DNA of 63,861 bases, filler included, from Choristocarpus tenellus KU-1152 (lineage: Eukaryota > Protista > Phaeophyceae), in the NCBI GenBank assembly GCA_964200185.2. It is 10 parts of 10 records of this genome, joined end to end, with 100 filler letters (N's around TTAATTAATTAA, not from the genome) between each part and the next. Parts side by side here need not be neighbours in the genome. Positions count along the whole stretch, not along the records: positions 48,478 to 60,606 come from CAXNAD020001966.1; positions 60,707 to 63,861 come from CAXNAD020021904.1; 8 more parts are not named here. One strand, 5' to 3'. Both the position numbers and the translations under genes were made by a program. Each line of letters opens with the position of its first letter. The first letter of the stretch is position 1. This document shows, piece after piece, positions 56,101 through 63,861 of this stretch. Below the pieces are notes generated by a model. The model was not told the DNA's origin, made no database searches, and saw only the letters and a list, made by a program, of their open reading frames with translations.

Positions 56101-58657
56101 TCATTTGATTTTTGAAATTATATAATTAACACTAATGATATTGTAGCACCGCAAGTCAACAGAAACAATCAAATATATGTACAAGAATAAAATTACTCCT
56201 ACAGTACTACCTCATTGGGCAAAAAGTGTCCTCATCATCAGCAAAACCAGTCTGGTTGCAAAAATCACACAACCTTGAGAGGCCTGCAATCAGAGTTCAG
56301 TAATGCCAGTGCCAACAAAAATATATTGAAAGCACAAGATCAACAACCGGTTAACTCAATGGTGCACTGGTTAACCACGCTTTCACCCTTTCATGCTGCA
56401 GAGCTGATGCCATGGCTCACCCAGCAATGGTGAGGCCAGAGGCCAGTCCCTTCTTATCAGGGAACCAGGAGATCAGTGCTTGTACTGGTGGGGTGTACGC
56501 CAAGCCCACCCCAGTGCCTGCCAGAAGCCCATAGCCCATGTACAGCACAGGAAGGCTAAGCACATTCAAGAAAGCAATCAAAACAGAATGCCAACATGAG
56601 CATATTTCACAGGAGCCAAACATGAGATTACACTGACTGTCACAGGTCACACAAGGGAATAGGAGCTAACAATTTTACCACCGGAGGAGGCTAAAAAAAG
56701 AACACTCCTACACCTGTATCACAAGGGGCCCTCATCTAACACAACTACCACATCAGATCTACCTAACAAAGACCTGCAGCATATTAGATACAAACAACGA
56801 GTAGCAATGGGAGATTTGAAAAAAGTGCAACTCTTAAAAAAGTAAATCCAAAGAACTCCATGAAACTGATCCATATCTGAAATACATTGTTGAAAACTAT
56901 TTGAAGGGGGGGGGCAACCATTCTTTCCCGTAAAAATAAAAGCAATCCAGGCATTCAGTAGTGGATGAGCATGGTCCAACATGGATCCCTTCTACACCAT
57001 ATGACTAAAAAGGGGTCACATACATTGGGTACCTTTTGCAATGTTCATTCAAGTAGTACAAAACAGCTGCAATTACAGTAAAATACGCTTTGAAATAAAC
57101 AGATCATTACATTACAATGAAGAATGAAACACGAAGTATCTGGATTCATAGTGGTAGGTATCACTACAACTGATTCAGACTTCTCAGAAAGTCCGACATC
57201 TATGGCCCTCATCCCATGAACAGACCTGTGCATTTCAACTCCCAGGCCACCTAGTCCCAAACCTCCTCCAAAACACAATGATGCAACCGCCATGCTCAGC
57301 CTTGGGCCAACCTGAATATAATGTACATTGTATGCATAGAGGCATGATTAACATTATGATAGGGCCTTCTTACTATGAATTTTTAAATCGCTACTCTCAG
57401 AGACGTGCACCAGTCTTTCATCCATTCCTGTCCCTTATCATAACAATCTGATCATGATCCCCATACTCCGAATTCTCATATGCCGACACATAACGGAGAT
57501 TCCTATCATGGCTCACCCTCCACAATCCTGAGTACATGCACTCGCAACATATCTGGGACTAGATACCCTTTGACGCTTTCAGTATGAGCACAAACTTGAG
57601 TAGGAATAGGTAGACAGATGGGTAGCACTTGACAACCGTTCCACCTTGGTTTCCCGGCCTACACTAGGGAGCATAGAGGGGGCTAGGGCTTCTGAGGGGA
57701 TTGCTGAGACCACCTACCTCCAAGGCCCACTTGCCAGCCACTGCAGCTGCAATACCCTGCAGCGCAAACACGATACTGAGAGGGAATGTAGCCTCAGCCA
57801 TCGTCCTGTCTCACACAAACGCACAAAAGACAGAAGAGGTGGGTACGTTCATCTGTGCCACTCTGCATTGACACTGTGCGAACACAGGTGCTCGATCAAG
57901 GATGGAATAGCAATAGTGAAGGTAAGACGGTTGGGAGCATACTCTTGCGGTAGAATTTTAATCACTCTTCCACCACCTCCGAGACACATGAGACGTTGAC
58001 CAAGGAGGTATTAATAACAGTGAGGCCCTCGTGATCAACAAGGTCACTCACCAGTCTCCGGCAGCACTGGTGACGACACCGAGCTCGCAACTGATGGTGC
58101 CTGACATCACTGACCATGCCCAAGGTGACCCGATGCACATATGGGTAGCGAACGCAGGTACCACCATAGCCCATCTATTGGTGAATGCTGGAGAAGCCTG
58201 GACAGGTAGGGAGAATACTATCGTTGACGGCGTGTACACAGCAAGAAACTCATACCGCTACCATCTTTAAAACAAAGTCACAGCAAATCAACAGCCAGGG
58301 ACACGAGAAGCTTACTAACTTGCACAAAATATGATGCAGCACTTTGCAAACGACAATCCATTGAGACTTTTCAAAACAGCAGATGTCCCGGCTCACCACG
58401 CAGCTATCCCTTCCCATAACCCTCTCAATGAACCCTTGAGGCGGTTTCTGCTCTGTTTTTCTATCATCCAATGGATTGGAAGTGGCAGACATGAAGCGCA
58501 TTGAGGGGAGGGTACCAACTCGATAGAACCCTTTGGACTGCCCCCTTAGTTTACTTGCTTGCAAACCAGGTGACCGGGCGACCTCTATGCATCGTCCCTT
58601 AATACTCTGAACATTGGAAAGATGAGTTATAATGGGCCTCGACCTTGAGCGAAGCAT
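50119..58657 (-). CDS. MFS transporter, oxalate/formate antiporter (OFA)-like, ~14 exons, with a mitochondrial-type N-terminal presequence
   Basis: RWAMVVPAFATHMCIGSPWAWSV..LYMGYGLLAGTGVGLAYTPPVQALISWFPDKKGLASGLTIAGFGSGA..GNLGGRIGWAAFSDRFGRK..LPAYEADLFGSKYVGPIHG; GT-AG exons from ATG 58657 to stop 50119. Confidence 0.92.
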
Positions 58658-58859
58658 GGCGAGGTTATAGGCACGTGGTGGAGGTGGTAGATGAGTGATG
58701 AGAAATGTAAATAGCAATTACAAAATTGCAAATTGCACGTTGTATTACGAAGGTGAAACGAGAATTTTTTTTGTAATTCGTAGTGCTACTATGTGGTAAT
58801 GAAGTTTTTCATTTTTCTCAAAATGAGGGAAATAACCAATCAATTTATTGTGTACCTTC

Positions 58860-60490
58860 AAATCACTTCAACACAATTTAGAAAGAACACTCATACTCAT
58901 ATAACAATACTAGCGCAATGTCTTACAGTATTCTTATGTTTAGGACATTTTATATACACATATGTATATAGTTTTCCTTTTTCATTGGTTTTCCCCTGAC
59001 ACATCTGCAAAATGTCAGAGGGCAAAATACTATCGCATTTGGACAATATTATTATACATATTTATATATTTTTATTATATTATTATGCCATGTCACATTT
59101 TCGAGATGTGTCAGGTGAAAGAAAAACTGATGAAAAAACTATTCAATATCAAAACCCCTGAAAAATCAACAGTTGTGGTGTAAATGTGAAAGATATATTT
59201 CTATTTACTATTTTACTACCAAAGATGCTACACAACTCCCCTCCAATGCCTCCAACCTTAGGTCTATACCCCAAGGCGAGGTTATATCATTATGCCCTCT
59301 GACATTTTGTAGATGTGTCAAGGGAAAAGCCAAGTCAAAATCATCAGAACTCCTGTAAAAGTAACAGTTGTAAATAATGTGAAAGATATTTCTCAAAAAT
59401 CTATTTACTCTTTGACTACCAGCTATATACTACACCACTCCCCTACTATGCCTCCAACCTAGCTTAGTCCTTCACCACAGTGTGAGGAGCTAGGAAAGCA
59501 TCCCAAGAATATGACAGGCCCCTCCTTGCCCACCTCCTCAGTATCTCCAGCTTAAAATGTGTGACACGTCTAGATTGGGCTACTTGCGTTGTGACTGAGA
59601 CTATCTGTCGGAACGGGATGAGGCAAACTATCTTAGAGGGTCGAGCCGCGTCCATTTGGATGCCAAAATCCAATGTTGCAATTTTGATGTAATTTTGGCT
59701 ATTATTCTTCTTAGGAAGTGTCAATATCCTTGTTCCGGACACACCTTTTCATAACGTGTACGTTTTACCTACTCTGAAACATTTCGGAGTAGGTAAAACA
59801 TCATAAAAAACATGTGGGAAGCCAAGCCCCAAACGGACAAACAGGGCAAAAATCGTACCCTCTAAGATAATTTCACTCGGATTTGACAGCTCCTTTCCTG
59901 TTGTGGCCTCCCGCCCCTCCCTCCCCTACCACATTCGTAGCTAACTCATTCAGAAAGCTTTCTGCTTGCTTACCGAGCCGCCCAAAACTTCCCACCACAA
60001 AGGTATTGAGGTTAAAACTTACACTTCTTCAAACGTAACATCCAGGAGGAGGCCTTTATCTCGGTAGGGAGCTGATCTGGCGTCCACAAGTGCCATAGCA
60101 TGGAAGATCAGATCCATGCAGAAATTCCTGTCCACTGTGAATGGACTACTGTCCTCCATAGTGCAAGGGATGCCCATTCCTTTGCTGAGTTGATCTATTT
60201 TTTATACTATTATGCCTTCTGACATTTTGCAGATGTACCAGGGGAAAAGTCAATTCAATAACATGAGAACCCCTATAAAAGTAACAGTTGTCGTAAATGT
60301 GAAAGATATCTCTCAAAAATCTATTTACTATTTGACTTCCAGCTATACTACACCACCCCATCCTATGCCTCCAACCTAGCTTAGCCCTTCACCACAGGGC
60401 GAGGAGCTAGGGAAGCATCCCAAAAATCTAACAGGCCCCTCTTTGCCCATCTCCCTGGTGTCTCCAGCTTAAAACGCACGACACGTAATT
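58860..60490. mobile_element. Cluster of CRE-like 3'-end fragments, one interrupted by MITE-B; related fragments at ~3740-3990, 4130-4470, 38830-38930, 47090-47270
   Basis: Shared ttatgccctctgacattttgcagatgtgtcagggg and gcctccaacctagcttagccc blocks; IVSVTTQVAQSRRVTHFKL in translation. Confidence 0.8.
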
Positions 60491-61118
60491 ATATATTGTG
60501 CCCTCTACACATAACAGCTGATTGCAAAAAATGAGGATGGAGCTTTTCATTGAGGATGGGCTTGACCCAAAATTGAGTGGGAGGAAAGGGCGATATGTTT
60601 TGTTGTNNNNNNNNNNNNNNNNNNNNNNNNNNNNNNNNNNNNNNNNNNNNTTAATTAATTAANNNNNNNNNNNNNNNNNNNNNNNNNNNNNNNNNNNNNN
60701 NNNNNNGTGGCGGCTTTCCACTTGGCGCCAATTTTTTCATGTCGCGATTTTTGGGTGATTTGGTTCCATACGTTGGATGGATAATGAAAGTGCACTTTTC
60801 CTGGTTTTCGTCCAAATGGACACCCTGGTGTAGACCCCGCTCCCCCCGCAGATACTTTGTGTCAAATGCCTCTTAGAGGGTGCGAGTTTGACCCTGTTCG
60901 TCCATTTGGAGCTTGGCTTCCCAAGGGTTTTTGTATGACATTTTCCCACTCCAAAATATTTCGGAGTAGGCAAAATGTGTATTTTATCAAAAGGTGTGTT
61001 TGGAATAAGGATATTGACATTTCCTAACAAACACGATAGCCAAAATTTCATCGAAATCGCAACATTGGATTTTGGCCCCCAAATGGACGCGTCTCTGCCC
61101 TCTAAGATACTTTGGCTC

Positions 61119-61400
61119 ACACGCCATATCCTGATCTGGTCATCAAAATCGCGGGCAGGATCTGGGTACAAACGGTGCAGGTGAACATCACCTTAGGAAT
61201 GTGACTCTTTTGCTGTACCACCTTGATGTCTTGACCCTTTCCTCCCTGTCCCATCCTTTCGGAAGTCGCTTCTTACGGGGAGGTAGCGCTAGCGTAGCAT
61301 ACGGCCAGCGCATGTTGACCTTCTTCACTCAGCTTGCAGTTTTTACCCTGGGCCAGTGGGCACGTGGCGAGAGACGGCAGACTTGCCGGAGTGACAATAT
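61119..61400 (-). mobile_element. Remnant of a DD39D (plant-type) mariner transposase
   Basis: QKSHIPKVMFTCTV..PDPARDFDDQIRIW resembles the family motif KSxxxIPKVMFLxAVARP..FDGKIGxW; frameshifted and abutting MITE-B. Confidence 0.65.
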
Positions 61401-63162
61401 TGGCTATGGGACTCACGTGGCAGATGTTCTGGAGACTAAGCAAGAGTTGTACGGCTCTTGGCGAGGTGATGAGATGTTGTGCGATGATAGGGAGGCGTTG
61501 TACCCGCGGCCGGGTGCAGCACAGGCACTGAGAATGGGCTGAAAAGGACCGTTTTTTCAGTTCCGCTTCTCAGAACAGATTCAGAATTATTTCGGAACAA
61601 AATGCGAATACAAAAACTCTCCTCCGACATTTATAGCCAGAGCTTCAATTTGAGCCATACATCATTGGGAAAGTCTTCGTATTCGTAAAGAAAAGACCAA
61701 AGCAAAAAATGAAGATTCATAACGTCACAGACTTAAGGGACAGAGGGAGTACAATCCCAAACAAAGAGGGAATTTGCTTCTGTGAAGCACACACAGATTC
61801 ACCAGAACAGTAAGAGGTTGGGAACATTGATGGCTATCTTACCCTTAGCAGAAGTTTGGAGTAGTTGACATCGAAAAACTACACAAGGTTAGGCGCTGGT
61901 GCCAGGCCATGATTTGTTTGGCTCAATGGACCTTTTATCTCGATATTGCTGTGAACCCTCCCTTCAAAATTGACTTCTGTACCATCGCTATTGTGACTTC
62001 GATATGCCAGGAGACCTTGATCAAAACAGATCAACTATTTCTATTTGTGACAGGCAACAATTCAGACTATGTGCAATGTTCACCGATCCAACAGTCTGGA
62101 TGTGGGGAAAACAAGCATAAAGTGTGATCAAAATATGTTGTGAACGGCTATTTCCTGAGAAAATAAGATTGTTTTTATTACTTCACCTTGCTTATAGGAC
62201 TCCAAATTTTGATTATGGTTAATGCACTCCTTTGTACGTGAGTCTTTGTTAGTTGTTGTAGTGGTTAAGAGGACGGCAATGTGATGATTCCTATGGAGGT
62301 CAAGACATGGCATACATTTTTGGGGTGACCTAAATATGAACGTCCACTCCAAGAAATGAATTATTTTTGAAGTACATCAGAAGCTTCTCACAACTCATGT
62401 GTTGATCCTATTATAGTAGTAGTTACTATTGTAGTATCTAAACCATTTTAGCGTAGCCATCTCAGCTTATGCTGACCTTGTTGGGTGTAAGACGCTGTTG
62501 TGTTGTGTAACTTCTGTGACCATCTAGGAGACCTGGTGACCACTCACAGAAGGCTTGATTTCATGCCAAGGTTTCGGTTAGGAACATTGTATAACACCAG
62601 TGTGATTGACACTCAATACTCGATCCTAAAAATTTCGCTGGTTTTTTAATTTAGTGGTTCAAATTATTGTGCTTCCTCTGAAATGCTGCTGCCGGTTCAT
62701 GTTCTATGGACTATTTGAATACTTGATCGTGAATGGTGTAAATGATCTAGTTCCCTGACTCATAACCTTACATAGTGCTGCTGCATCCTGTACAATATCA
62801 CTCCTTGATGTCATTGACACGTCGAGTTCTTTCCTCTTTGTACTAGCCTGAGAGTTGTGAGTTTCATTCCGATGGTTTGACTATATTTTTTTGTTGTAGG
62901 GCAGGTGCAAGTAGCAGCTCATCATGTACAGTGCCGCATGCTGTGGCAGCAACACGTGAAATTTCGGAACATATATCTCAACCATGGGGTTGGTGTAAGT
63001 TTTGAGAGTATCACTATTACGAGTCATACAGTCAGAACCTATTGCCTTAGTGGGAACATAGGCTTCTCAGCAAGCTTAGCTAGTACATACAACCTACCAG
63101 TAAATTGCGCCTCTACACCATGTGCCTCCTCCTCTGCATATATATATATATATTATTGTCAG

Positions 63163-63342
63163 GTAGCTGTCTACTTTGGAGTGAAAGACATCCTGGCTGC
63201 AGGTTCCAAGGTATCTCGGTGGTCAAGGAGAGGGAAGAAGGATGGGGGAGGGGAGCAAAATGATGTTTTTGCTCTCCTAGACCCTCAAGTCTTAAGCTCT
63301 TATGATATTGTCCTCACAAGCTTTGATGTGCTGAGAGCAGAG
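63163..63342 (+). CDS. Exon of a SNF2-family helicase (SHPRH/Rad5-like)
   Basis: VAVYFGVK...LLDPQVLSSYDIVLTSFDVLRAE; 180-nt exon with AG acceptor and GCAAGT donor. Confidence 0.7.
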
Positions 63343-63861
63343 GCAAGTGTGTCTTTGGGGTGCATGTGTAGTAAGTGTGAATATGTATAAGGGGGGGGAG
63401 AGAGAGGGACAAGCTGCAAACTCTCTGTAATTCCTCAGGGTTGTTTGTTCCAAGTAGGCTGTCAAGATGTTCTTGAGCTTTATCACTTGAGGTGGTGATG
63501 TTTTGTTCAACAATTGGTGCAGTATGTGCCTAATCAAATTGCTGCACCTACTTTTATGATCAAGGTCCGATTTTTCCCTAGGACAACAGTATGCTGTTGA
63601 GGAGTGCTCGAGAAGATGTAACTTGGTCTTATTTGAGAAAGGTAGAATAGCTGGGATTAACAACTTAAGGAAACACCTACCCTTTCTCGTACCTGTATAT
63701 TGTGTAGATATATGGCTCGAAGTATCTGAGGGGGGGTGGCGGCTGTCCATTCAGGGCCCATATTTACATGTTGTGATTTTGGGGTGATTTGGTTGCATGC
63801 ATCGGATGGATAATCTAAGTTCACTTCTCCTGGTCAGGACCCAAATGGACACCCTGGTGTA

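Overview
Eukaryotic, intron-rich genomic DNA. It is most likely a photosynthetic stramenopile (brown alga or relative), inferred from gene content, intron style and the CRE-type retroelement. The window is not one locus: ten short contigs are joined by artificial ~100-nt N spacers containing the all-frame stop linker TTAATTAATTAA, so adjacency across spacers has no biological meaning. Splice-aware manual reading gives three complete genes: a 7-exon unknown protein with an EF-hand-like motif and C-terminal anchor, a 5-exon ubiquitin-conjugating E2, and a ~14-exon OFA-type MFS transporter with a mitochondrial-type presequence. Partial genes are GET3/ArsA, an Agd3/CE18-like polysaccharide deacetylase, a protein with two tandem GT49 (LARGE-type) domains, an ABCC transporter, a SHPRH-like SNF2 helicase and a possible kinesin-like coiled-coil protein. 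Introns and intergenic DNA carry two related MITE families, CRE-like and RTE LINE remnants, a decayed DIRS-like element and a DD39D mariner remnant. The best leads are the Agd3-like deacetylase, the double-GT49 protein, a 98-bp perfect intronic foldback, the presequence-bearing MFS and repeated GC-AG introns. All family calls come from motif recognition by eye; no database search was run.
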